NCBI RefSeq assembly: GCF_006345805.1
Contig: NC_042997.1
Coordinates: 59,768,001-59,832,000, forward strand
DNA length: 64,000 bases
Origin: Octopus sinensis
Lineage: Eukaryota
Direction: 5' to 3'
The first letter of the stretch is position 1, and each line of letters opens with the position of its first letter. The notes beneath the pieces are model-generated. The model did no database searches. It had not been told where the DNA came from and worked only from the letters and a program-made list of their open reading frames with translations. A program made the position numbers and the translations under genes. Positions 13,470 to 26,011 of the stretch are shown piece by piece.

Positions 13470-14228
13470 AAACAGGACAGTAAACATTAAGGCAAGGCAA
13501 ACATCTCAAGTTGTATACAATATTATTACAGGAAAAAATTCAAAATCTTACACCTGTTTCTGGGATATCCTTCGAGTATGGGATAGTCCATCATCAGAGA
13601 CAAATAGGGAAAATGAGACTGATATATATTAATGAGATGATGACAGAGAAAGGGAGTAAAAGAATAAGGAGATGGAAAGAGAGAAGAAAAAAGAAGCATT
13701 AAAAGTTAATAGTTCAACTTTCCGAAGTTATAGAAACCAGAACATGAGTCCTTAGATGCAATCCTGTGTAGATTCATGAGCGTAAGTCCTTAGGTGCAAT
13801 CCTGCATTCTGTTATTGAACGCTGATATGTTTGGCTCTTTTTTCTTGGGATGTCTACGATATATGGATTTTAACTCACATCTATGCAGGATTGCACCTAA
13901 AGACTTATGCTCATAGATCTATGCAGGATTACACCTAAGGACTCATGCTCTGGTTTCTATAACTTCACTAAGTTGAACTATTAACTTTTATGCTTCTTTT
14001 TTACTCCTTTCTTTCCATCTCCTTATTCTTTTGCTCCTTTTCTCTGCATCATCTCATTAATATATACCATTATCATTTTCCCTATTTGTCTCTGATGACG
14101 GAATATCCCATACTTTGGGATATCCCAGAACCAGGTGTAAGATTAAAAATTTTTTCCAATAATAATATTGTATATGACTTGAGATGTTTCCCTTGCCTTA
14201 ATGTTTGCTGTCCTGTTTAACAAATATA
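13461..14228. repeat. Long inverted repeat (two ~345-bp arms, ~75-bp loop), probably Penelope-like pseudo-LTRs
   Basis: 13461-13807 is the reverse complement of 13883-14228 with scattered differences. Each arm has a CTGATGA..GAA(A/C)C motif. The left arm abuts (TA)n. Confidence 0.9.
13545..13601 (-). ncRNA. Minimal type I hammerhead ribozyme-like motif, Penelope type
   Basis: Minus strand reads GUCU-CUGAUGA-UGGACUAUCC-CAUACUCGAA-GGAUAUCCCA-GAAAC-AGGU-GUA-AGAU: both core boxes, stem II, short stem III, GUA triplet and stem I GUCU/AGAU. Activity is not shown. Confidence 0.6.
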
Positions 14229-14410
14229 TATCCACAACATCAGAAATCTGCAATGGCTCCATAACTAATGTCTCGGCTATAACCTTGGAGCCCTAGTAAT
14301 CTGTTTCAGCACTTACCTAGTGTACCTAATCGTTCAGATCACTTGTGAACTAAACCCCCATACTTTGTATGTATGTGTGTGTGTGTGTATATATATATAT
14401 AGAGAGAGAG

Positions 14411-14830
14411 AGCTTCCCAGCAACATGGTTTTGGGTTCAGTCACACTGCATGACATCTTGGATAAGTATCTTCTATTAAAGCTTCAGGTTGATCAAAGCT
14501 TTGAGAATTGATTTGGTGAATGGAACTAAAAGAAGTCCATTATATACATGTGTGTGTGTGTGTGTATGTAGCTCCTTATCATGACATTACCTGATTGCTG
14601 TAAATGAGTGTCACTGTCATACAAGCAGTGTCATTAATTTCAAACATGCTACATAAACATGTCTGGCCATGGGGAAATATTACCTTACTTGGAAATAGGT
14701 GAGGGTTGGCAATAGGAAGGACATGTAGCTGTAGAACTAGGAAGGACATGTAGCTGTAGAAAATCTGCCTCAATAAACTTCATCTGAACCATATAAGCAT
14801 GTAAAAGTGGACATTAAAATGCTGCTACTG
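14411..14830 (+). mobile_element. SINE with a family B head and an RTE-type tail
   Basis: Family B head and microsatellite, then GAGGGTTGGCAATAGGAAGG..GCTGTAGAAAATCTGCC..AGCATGTAAAAGTGGACATTAAAATG, matching the tail at 40925-41075. Confidence 0.7.
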
Positions 14831-15222
14831 ATCTATCTATTGATAGATAGATAGATATACATATGTATATATAAACACATATGGTTACCTTATCACTGCT
14901 CTTTATGTCTTCAAAGCAATTACTATTCATTTCTCCCTCTTTCCTAAATGTGAGTAGCCATGTAGCTCCCCTACAACAAGAACCTGCTCTGCCTCACCCC
15001 CTTATCTCATACCTTAACCCTCATCAGCATAAAACCCTTCCCCTTGGGCTTCATAGTCTTGCAAGCTGTATGTAACCTTACTAATGCCAGTAGCATGAGA
15101 AAAGCAGCTAAGACATACTGCAAAGTGGTTGGCATGAGGAAGGGCATCCAGCCATAGAAACCATGCCAACCCATGCTAGCATGGAACATGGATGTACAAC
15201 ACATATTTAAGTGAATGCTTGT

Positions 15223-15434
15223 TTAACCCTTTTGATACCAACCCAGCTGAAACCACCTCTGGGTCTGTAGTACAAATGTCTTGTTTTCATAAGTTTGGAG
15301 TTAAAATCTTTCACCAAACCTTAGTCACAATTTATATTAATGATAGCTAAGTCATTTTACTAAATTCTTTGTTATATTTAAAATTAAAAGAAACACAGAG
15401 CATCTCAAAATATATACGGTAACAAAAGGGTTAA
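15223..15434. mobile_element. Second TTAA MITE family
   Basis: TTAA-CCCTTTTGATACC ... GGTAACAAAAGGG-TTAA with a different internal sequence. Confidence 0.8.
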
Positions 15435-16552
15435 AAATACATACCATTCTGATGAGATCTAATTCTTTCTGAACTACTCATTAAAATATGACTTTTTGAA
15501 AATGGTCCTATGAATTATCTGCTTTAAAATTGCTAGCTTGTCAATAAGATTGCACCTTACTTATTTTGTTACATTTAATCAAACCTCAAAGAATTCCTCT
15601 CAACACAAGGCTATGATAATCTCCCACTACTCTTGCACATATTGTCAGCCACTAAGGAACATGCTCAAAAAATACAAATTTGCTACAGAGAATAATATGA
15701 AAGTTTTTGTAATCTCCATGACGATGAAAAGAGAGGTTTTAAATTTAAAATATCCCAGTATCAGATGCAATTCTGAGAAAAATCAAGGAAATCTTCATAA
15801 GATACTATCATATACTTAATGATTAAGTATCTTCTAAAATTCTTCCTGACTGACTGTTTCATAGTATTTTTCTCCAAAGAGGCCAAGTAGCAATAAGCAA
15901 CATCATATAAAGCACACCATGTTCATTAGCTTTATTCAATTTGGTTTACGATTACATGTAATAAAACTATCAGTAAATCTTGAGCTAACACAGTCTTGTA
16001 GTAATCAAACACTATTAGAATCCACATCCAATTTTATATCTGTAGTATCTTAAATTTCATAGATTTAATACACTAAGAAGCAATATTGCACGATTATTAC
16101 AGCAGCAGATGTTGTACAAGTAAAATCTGTAACATGGTTGAGTCTGTGATCCCCATGAGAGGTGGTAGCTTCTTAATGATTCTAATATCACTAGGAAAAG
16201 CATATATGCCATTACTTCAGCATCCCCATTTCTCTTAGGTCTTGAATCTAGTGAAGGCAACAGAAAATGGTGTTTGTGTGTGCACATGCACAATTGTGTG
16301 TTTTATTTTGCATAACACCAAATCTATCTATCTACAATCATAATTTAATGTCTCGTTTTCCCTCATAGCATGGATTGTACAATTTAATAGGCACCAATAA
16401 GCCTGAGTTCTGTACTGGGATCCAATGAGTGCTTTGGCATAGTTTCAAAAGTTGGATGCCCTTCCTAATACCAACCACTTTCCAGAGTGCACTGGGTACT
16501 TTTTTTTGGCACCATCACTATGTATATGTGTGTGTGTTCTACTTTCCACACC

Positions 16553-16597
<45 letters not shown>

Positions 16598-16601
<4 letters not shown>

Positions 16602-16810
16602 TCATCATCATCATTTAACATCCGCTTTCCATGCTGGCATGGGTTGGACGGTTTAACTGAGGGCTGGCGAGCCAGAAGGCTACACTAGGCTCCAATCTGA
16701 TCTGGCAAAGTTTCTACAGCTGGATGCCCTTTCACTCTGAGAGTGTAGTGGGTACTTTTACATGCCACTGGCTCGAGGGCCAATCAGGCAGTACTGGCAT
16801 TGGCCATGCT
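16598..16810 (-). mobile_element. RTE-type 3' tail fragment
   Basis: CATCATCAT..TTTAACATCCGCTTTCCATGCTGGCATGGGTTGG is the reverse complement of 40900-41075. Similar fragments at ~15080, 16340, 19878, 21855, 29168. Confidence 0.8.
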
Positions 16811-17216
16811 CACACACACACATATATATATATATGTATGTATGTATGTATACATGAATTAACATCTAAATTCTGATTAATTTAAGTATGTTTACTTAAT
16901 TTACTAAAATTATAAATATTAATAATGGTTTCAAATTTTAGCACAAGGCCAGCAATTTTGGGGGAGGAATAAGTCAACTATGTTGACCAAGTTCAACTGG
17001 TATTTATTTTACTGACCCAAAAAAGGATGAAAAGTAAAATTGACCTGAACAGAATTTAAATTCAGGACGTAAAGAGAGACAAAATGTCACTAAGCATTTT
17101 GCCTAGCACCATAACGATTCTGCCAGCTTGCTGCCTTAAATATAATGACGATGATGATGAGCTTGGTAGAGGCCAAATATTGTAAAAACTTTTTAAGTAT
17201 GAAGTAGATTATTTAT

Positions 17217-17247
<31 letters not shown>

Positions 17248-18683
17248 CTCCAAGCACACACACATACATATATAAACATATTAAATGTCACAGGCAGAGA
17301 ATACTTACATTCAAGACTGAGTTTCTGTGCAGCAATTCCATAATAGCTGCACTGCAACTCAGAGTCCTGATGGTCAGTGTTCCATACGTCTGTCATTTAA
17401 TAAATTTAGCCCTCTGTTTCTAATGATATTGGGGTCTAAATCTTTTGATGTTATACATAATTAAATACATTAAAAAAAGATAGACAGATAGATAGCTGCT
17501 GTAATCTTTTGGAACTGGAAAGCCAGACAGTGAATTATGGTAATTTAGAGGAAGAGATCTGACTGCAAGATAGAGAACCAGCTAAATAGAGTGCACTTAT
17601 TACAATCAGCATTAAATTATGTCTTTGAAAACAATTCAAGAAATGGGAAAAAACAAACAAAACTTTCAGATATCTTTGGTGATGCTTTGTTAAGAAGCAG
17701 CCAACTGAATAATGGGATAAACAACTGAAAGATGTGACCTTAACAAAAACAAGTCACTGAAAAAAAAAAAAATGATTCTAGGCATGCCTTTTGCTCACAA
17801 CAATAAGGAAAATTCTTTTCGTAAATGTTACTACGAAAAGGCAATTAAGCTTACTTACCTTAAATACTCACATCGTTACTATTTAGTTTCATTCTGTTAG
17901 TAAAGGGGAAATTGTCAATCAATTAGTGTTAGCATGATTAAAAAAAATGAAAGAAAAAAAGGTTGGTGGGAAGGGGAGCAAACTGCAAGCAGGCATCTGT
18001 GCTCCCTTTGATGAATGCAATGTAAACTACATCTTGGGATTATAGCTTAAAAGCAATGTTAGTCTTGTCAAGAAAAACCATAAGATTATAAAAACAAATA
18101 AAATAAATAAAAATAGAATTAGTGAAGGGATTGGTATATGTAGAATGTATACTTAATTTTTTTAAAACCTAAAGAGAGATAACGTAGCCATCATTAGTAA
18201 AAATCAAGATAGATATGTCATCTAGAATCACAATGAGATATACAAGAAAAGGGAAAATGGTTCAAGTTGAAGCAGTGAGGAAGGTAAACAATGCATGAAC
18301 AAACAAACAATATCATATGACAAAAGAGGTAGGGTGCAGGAATAAGGGACTAATTTGTTATGTCTTTAACTGTTTCACATTCACTTTAATTATACCAATG
18401 ACACAATGATACCAATAAGGCACATGGCATTAAGACAACTAACATGAAAAAAAAAAGTTAAAACTCCTATGCTTGAAACAGTTCTACTTGCATTTCTCCA
18501 TAGCAATAGTAGACTTATCCAAAATTGTGAAACTTTCCTAGAAAAAGCTATTTTCCGCTGATTGAAGTGAGGTGTCAACAGCTTGAAACTAGCAAATATC
18601 GCCCAAACATGCAGTAATAAATGAAATGTTAAAGACAAAAAAGCAGTCAGTGCTAAATGTTAGATAGGGAGTATTTTAAGCAG

Positions 18684-18848
18684 TTAACTCTTTAGCATTC
18701 AGAATCTAGCAGCTTGTGAATCCATTGATGTGATTATTTACTTTTAGAATGATATTGTAGGGTAGGCCAGATCTGGCTGGTTTTTACATAAAATGAGGAG
18801 ACTATTTGGGCTGGATATGGTTACTTTAAATTAATGCTAAAGAGTAAA
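18684..18848. mobile_element. Degenerate piggyBac-type MITE copy
   Basis: TTAACTCTTTAGCATT ... AATGCTAAAGAGT with shared body. Confidence 0.7.
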
Positions 18849-20036
18849 TGTAATGGGTAAGTAAGTAAATGTAATAAAAATACCTTCAAAGTTATAAGAG
18901 CCATCAAGTCTAGGGCTTAGCTCTGAAGCAGTTAAGAGGGAAACCTTTCCTTTGACACAACAAGTGTATTACAATTAACTTTCCCAGATAGACCTAGCAC
19001 TTATTCCAGACAGCTATGGTGAACTAACGTAAAGTAGAATAAAGTGTTCTGACATGAAACAATATTTCTAGAACATCTGAAATCATATTTTAGGTGCAAA
19101 TAACCCAAACTTGGTTCATTTCCATCACAACTTCTATTAAAGAAGGGGATGGAATATGTTAAATTTGGTTAATCTCAGTTCGTTAAGTATAGTTCACCTT
19201 ACATTGATGAAAGGAATAGCTGACACAGTATAGCAATTAAAAGTTAAAAAGAATCACTGATTTATAAACAAGAACATTAATTCTTTTAATATCCAGACAT
19301 GAACAGCAACATGGATAAATATACAAGAAATCATTGCTTTCCTTTTATCAGATGTCAGAGACAAAGTAATGTTTTAATACTCTGTATAGAGTATTAAAAA
19401 AAAAAGAGGGGTGAGAGAGATCAGTATAACTGATACGGCCTAGCAATCTCACTTGCTACACTGCACTAGGGAAACATTTATAGAATTGGTTTGCTTCTGT
19501 CTGATCTGGAAATGAAGAGACAACCAGAAAAATTTGCAATGCATTGATTTATGCATATGATTTATCAAATGTGGTTTTCAGTGTATTGGTAGAGTGTAAT
19601 GTTGTATTTCAGTTGGTAAATTAACATCTTAGTACTGCAGTCTTGTACAGTTATCGTATTTCGTACATTTAACACAATCCAATGCGTAGAAATAAATAAA
19701 TAACAAGATGGATGATGTAATAGAAGTAATGAAACCCAGAATAGAAAACAAAGGAAATAATACAGTATATATTTGCCTTAATCACTCTTTGAGCAGATTG
19801 AAGCAGTGGAAGTATGCTGGGTCCATAATTCAGAGGTCCATAGAGCAAAACTACATTCTACAAGGAAATCATTCTCATCATCATCAACATTTAACATCCA
19901 TTGTCTATGCTGGCAGGGGTTGAATGGTGTGACAAGGGCTGGTAAGCTGGTGGGGTTGCACCAGACTACATTCTAATTTGGCAGGGTTTCAATGGCTGGA
20001 TGCTCTTCCTAATGCCAACCACTTTACAGAGTGTGC

Positions 20037-20300
20037 TGGGTGCTTTTATGTGGCACTGCATAGGGTACTTTTATGTGATACCATATGGGCACTTTTACAT
20101 GACTTTTACATGGCATCTCAAGGATGCTTTTATATGACACTGCATGGGTGTTTTTATGTGACACTGCATAGATACATTTACATGACACAGTACAGGTGCT
20201 TTTATATCATACTGCACTGTACCGTGCTTTTATGTGACACTGCATGGGTGCTTTTATAGGGCACACAAAGGCACTGTTACATAGCACCATCACAAGTGCT
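20037..20300. repeat. Degenerate ~24-bp minisatellite (GGGTGCTTTTATGTGACACTGCAT)
   Basis: About ten diverged units directly following an RTE-type tail fragment. Confidence 0.8.
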
Positions 20301-20953
20301 TTACACCACCAGAAGGGTCAGATACTATTTTTGATATTCATACATCACAACTAAGTTGATTTCAAATATGCCAACCACAGACACACACACACACATTTAT
20401 CTACAAGGGTAGGTAAAGTTATATTATGCAATAGAAATTTATACAAAGTCACCTACTAATTGAGGTAAACCAAAATCCAAGTGGTGTAATGGGCAGAGAT
20501 GATAACAACAACAGCACTTTTCACTTAATATGTAGGATCTTTGAGAATTGGAGATTGGTGCTTTATTATGGAAATTCATAAGACAGGAGTGAGCTCTATA
20601 TGACAATGATATCATTACATATAAAGGAGTGTGAGGCTCAGGAAGAGAATCAGTGTTTGAGTAGCATGAAGCAAAGGTTGAATATGACTGGCAGGTATTG
20701 CGCATGTGGCGCTATGGCATGTGAAAACATGGCACCAACAGAACACATGGTATTATGACACAAATAGGGAACCTGGTACTGTGAGAAAGGAACATGTGAC
20801 ACTACTGAATCAATACAGACTATGTGACAATACAGGCTGTGGAACCGTATCAAACAGACTATATGATATTCTGCTATAAGTTACTATCAAAATATTATGT
20901 TACCTATATGAACTTCATTGCAGACTACATGACACCAAGATAAGAATATAGAT

Positions 20954-21097
20954 CAGGAATGGGCAACTTTTTTGAGAAGTGGGCTGCAGGGGGCATTGTT
21001 TATCATTAGGTGGGCCTACTAGTAAAAAAAGTCAAGGTTATTTTTCACTGAAGGTGCCATTCACAAAGTCTCTTGGTCTGCAGATTGACCATGGCTG
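20954..21097. mobile_element. Short hAT-like MITE
   Basis: Ends CAGGAATGGGCAAC / ATTGACCATGGCTG; 8-bp flanks ATATAGAT / ATATTGAC. Confidence 0.6.
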
Positions 21098-22105
21098 ATA
21101 TTGACTATACATTTTGATAGCAATGTGATATTCACATGGTCAATATAACATTATAGATTATGTGACTATGATGAAAATACAAGCCATGAGATATAATGAT
21201 ATTAATATAAAGCCTGTGTTACTATATCATTATAGAGTATGCTACTGTCAATATAGGTAGGGTATGTGATGCTATAATATTGTAAGCTTGTAAAGTATGG
21301 TATTACATTGACACTGATTGTGATAATTGCCAGTGTTAATTAGAAAAAAAACATGTTATGAAGCTAGGAATGTTATGTTGTGTTTGATAAAGCTTGAACA
21401 AAGAAAGACACATAGCTGAACTGATGGAAACAGATGTAATACTAAAACAGGACATTTATAAACAAGATTAAAAATTGAAATTATTATTGTGAGAACTCTA
21501 CGTATATTACTCCTTTATAGGATCAATAAGGATGAATATTAACAAAATTTACCCACAAATTATCAGCTGGGACAAAAATATACTAGAAGATTGGTATGAT
21601 TCAAATATATCCGGATGAATACCAAATTCTCAGTTCTTTAATTTATGTCATAAATAAAACAAAATTTTTTTTAAATAATTATTTCCAGTTAGATTTTTGA
21701 AGATTCCTGAATAAACAATGTCAATCCTAACTTAACAATTAACATTATTTGTCTAAGGCAAATAAGGAATATGTTATTCAAAGAATGTTAATAGATCTCA
21801 TAATCAAATGTCTTTTTTATATCCTGTATGAGAACCAACTATTTCATGATGATCATCATCATTATTGTTTTAATGTCCACTTTCCATGCTCACATGAGTT
21901 GGATGGAATTAGTTCAGTTGGATTTCGTATGACTGGATGCCCTTCCTGTCACTAACCCTTACCTGTTTTCAAGTAAGATAATATTTACCCTTGATTAGAT
22001 TGGTCTCATGGAAAATTGGAAATGAAGGGCACTGCTTACATGACAATGACGACTATCACAAGATGCCAAGGCAAGGAGACAGTGGCACACTCACACACAA
22101 TGGGC

Positions 22106-23333
22106 TTAGGTTGGAAACTAAGTTCTTGTACAACTTTTTTATATAAGTTAATTTATTTATTGATTTATATATAAGTAAATGCAATATCTTTTGATTGAAT
22201 ATTTTTATCATTTCAGAGCTTAAGTTTGAAAAATGACCCAGCAAATGACTCACTCTCTCTTGTGAACAGCTATGTACTTTGTTACTGTATGGTTACAAGT
22301 CTGGCCTAAATGCTGGACAATTGTAATGTTGTATCAACTAAGCATTTGGAGAAGACACATCTAGTTGTTGCACAGCCTACAATTGGTTTAAGAAGTTTCA
22401 GTGTGGCCAAATTGATTCCAAGATCAGACAAGAAGTGGTCGACCCTCATTTATTGACAATGACTGTTTGTGTGCTTGTGTCAAAGCTGATCCACACCTGA
22501 CGTCACACGAGCTGACCGATAAGTTTGGCATCAGCTATACAACGATTTTGCATCACTTGCAGGAAAAGGGCAAAGTCAGCAAAATGGAGGTATGGGTTCA
22601 ACATAAATTGACAGACTTTGACCATCAACACTGCACAGACACCTGCATGACACTACTGTCCAAGAAGTGTTATTTTGATTGGCTGAACAAAGTAGTTACT
22701 GCAGATGAGAAATGATGTCTGTACTCAAACATGACATGCAAAAGAAGCTGGACAGACAAGGGTGCAACTGCATAACCTCAAGTGAAGGCCGACCTGCATC
22801 AAAAGAAGCTTATGGTTTGTGTCTGGCGGGATGTGAAGAGTGTGATTCACTGGAAAATGTTGGAATGCAATCAGACCATCAACACTCAAATATACTGTCA
22901 ACAACTGTAATGGGTGGCAGACATGATTGCACAAAAACGTCCAGAATTGACTGATGTCATGTTGCTTCATGATAACACCTAACTACACATTGCAAATCTC
23001 ACCCATGAAAAACTTCTGGAGCTGGAGTGGGATGTTCTCCCTGATCCACCTTACATGCCCGACTTGGTACCAACAGACTACTACCTATTCTGGGCACTGC
23101 AAAACTTCTTGAATGACAAAACATCCACAACTGATGATGAACTGAAAACTGCAGTTGGAAACTTGCCAACTTCTTCGATAGCAAACCAGTTGAATTTTAC
23201 AGCAAAGGTATCCATGATATATCCCATTGTTGGGAGAAAGTATTCAAAAATGATGGTGACTATATTAATGTTTGATATGTGCTTTTTACTGCATTGTTCA
23301 AAAAGTTATGTGAGAACTTTGTTTCCAACCTAA
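22106..23333 (+). mobile_element. Degenerate mariner (DD34D-type) element inserted in a SINE copy
   Basis: TIRs TTAGGTTGGAAAC..AAGTTCT / AGAACTT..GTTTCCAACCTAA. Motifs WVQHKLT (WVPHEL-like), VTADEK, HDN, PPYMPDLVPTDYYLF (YSPDL-like). Minus-strand SINE sequence resumes after 23340. Confidence 0.9.
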
Positions 23334-26011
23334 TATTAATTTCAGTCTACCAAATCCATTCACAAGGTTTCAGCAAACTTCTTTCCACACAGCCAAACTG
23401 ATGTCTAATATTTCATGAGTAAAAGATATATATTAAAAAAAAATTTAAAACAAAACAATCAACACTTCTCTCAATAACATTATAATCTTTCTAATATACA
23501 TAGTAATAGTTTGCTTTAAAGATTATCTGAATGGAATAAATCATACATAACAGAAACAGTGATTTTTAACTTCATTATCACACCTCTAAATATTGTCCAA
23601 TCAACTGATTACCATAGTATCAGGAGGCAGAAATTTGAATTATCAAAATGATTACAAATTACTCTTTAGCATACTATTTCAGTTATGGATATGCTGGGAT
23701 GCTACCTTCAAAATAGCCAGAAGTACAACTTCATACCATGGTAATGATATAATTCTTTCAAATTTTGGTGCAAATACAGCAATTTTAGGAGGAGGGGGTA
23801 GTTGATTACATTGACCCTGTATCTGACTGGTACTTTATTATGCTGACCCCAAAAGAACAAAAGGTAAAGTTGACCTTGATGGGATTTGAGCACTGTACAT
23901 AAAGTGCAGGAAGAAATGCTGCAAAGCATTTTGTCTGATGTGCTAATGATTCTGTCAGCTTGCCATGATAAAATAAAGGTAAAACATAGGTGCTATTGAT
24001 TTTAGTTGTTCAGTCGGAGAACATTGAACCATAGAGGACAGGACGATAGAGATATGTTGCAGACATACTGAAGTCATACTAATATCGATGCTGATATGAT
24101 GCCTACATTGGTGGTCAGTATTGTCCATTCAACTCCCCCCACTCCAAACGCTAAATACTTCTATTTATAAGATGTGCTGAACACAAGAGAAGATATAAAA
24201 TGATATGAGTTAGTTTTTGCTTTAGTTGAGCTATTTCATTTGTTTTGCTATTACCAATGGGAAAAGCGTAAATGCACAATTCTAATTTTGCACTTCCTTT
24301 GAAAAGTTCCCTTTTATTTGTGAAAACCCTTAATTATATCTAAGCAAGATGAAAATATGTTGCTTGATATTCTGACAAGTTAATTCACCTTGACGTAAAC
24401 TTCATTTATTAATTTTTATTTAAACTCAGAATTCATGGGGTAACATAGTTTTAATGGTAACAAAGATTATCTGGCTACAAAGAAAAGGTATAAAATAAAC
24501 ACTTGAAAAATGTTTTAAATAAATGCTGGTATGGAGGTACCTTTTATCTTTCACTTGTCCCAGTCACTAGACATTTTAGTCAAATGTATCAATTCCAGTA
24601 TTTATTGTTTTAAAACCTGGCCTTTATTCTATTGGTCTCTTTTACTGAACCACTAAGTTAAGGGATGTAAACACATCAGCACCAGTTGTCAAGCGGTGGG
24701 AGGGGGACAAACACAGACACAAATATATATATATATATATATAAGGGGCTTCTTTCAGTTTCCATCAACCAAATCCACTCACAAAGCTTTGGTCAGCCCA
24801 AGGCTATAGAAGATACTTGTCCAAGGTGCCATGCAGCAGGACTGAAACCAGAACTATGTAGTTAAGAAGCAAGCTTCTTACCACACAGCTATGCCTGCGC
24901 CTAAAGAAGTTTGCTTTACAACCTCGTTGTTTTCAGTTCAGTACTAGTTTGCATTGCATCTTGGTTACATGTCTTCTACCAAAGCCTTGTGAATGATTAA
25001 TAAACAGAAACTGTGTGGAAGCCAGTTGTGTGTGTGTATGTGCATGCATGCTCAAATGTGTGCATATTTGTTTTACATGTCTGTTTTGATATCTCTCTTT
25101 AAACTGACACAACTTGAAAAACAACAACGATACTTAACACATATACATAAGACAACTAGCAGCTATTACAATAGCTTCCCACCTATCATACTACAACACA
25201 AAGATAACACTGTCAACATTTTCATGCAACTGGCGCATTGAATGCACATATAACAGATTAAAAGAATTACCTTCATAATAAATAGGTCAAAGTACAAAAT
25301 TCCAAGAAATAACTATATTTACTGGAAATACCCACAAAGATTTTTAATATGGTGTTGGGCATAGGAAATAGTATTATTACACAACCTGTTTTGATTCATG
25401 AACTTGTGTGATTTACTTAAAGTTTGGATCAGTGTAAAATATTGCTAGACTCATAACCACCACCTAAAGAGAATGTGTGCAGCATAACTGAAACACATGC
25501 AATCTTTTTAGTTATTGGATTGTAGTCATGCTGGAGCAACACCTCAAAGGGTTTCTAATCAAACAGATTGATTCCAGTCCTTATTTTTTTAAAGTCTAGT
25601 ACTTGCTCTATCAGCCACTTTTGTCAAATTGCCATGTTACAAGGACATGAGACAACCAACATTGATTGTTAAACAGTGGTGGGACACACACACAGAGTTT
25701 CTGTCTACCAAATCTATTCATTAGCCTTTGGTCAGCCTTCTAGTTTGGAAGCAAATTTCTTACTACACAGCCACACTTGTAGGAGATTGAATTATGTTTA
25801 AACAGTAATACACACACACATACATACATAATGGGCTTCTTTCAGTTTCCATCTAGTAAACCCACTCATAATGCTTTGGATGGCTTGGGACTACAGTATC
25901 AACATTTGCCTAAGGCACCACACAGTGAGACTGAACCTGGAACCATGTGGTTGGGAAGCAAACTTTTTGCCACAGCTATGCCTTTGTTAATAACAAATGA
26001 AAACCCTAGAG

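Noticed and set aside
20037-20300. CRISPR-like array
   Set aside because: Units are contiguous with no unique spacers, the DNA is eukaryotic and there are no cas genes.
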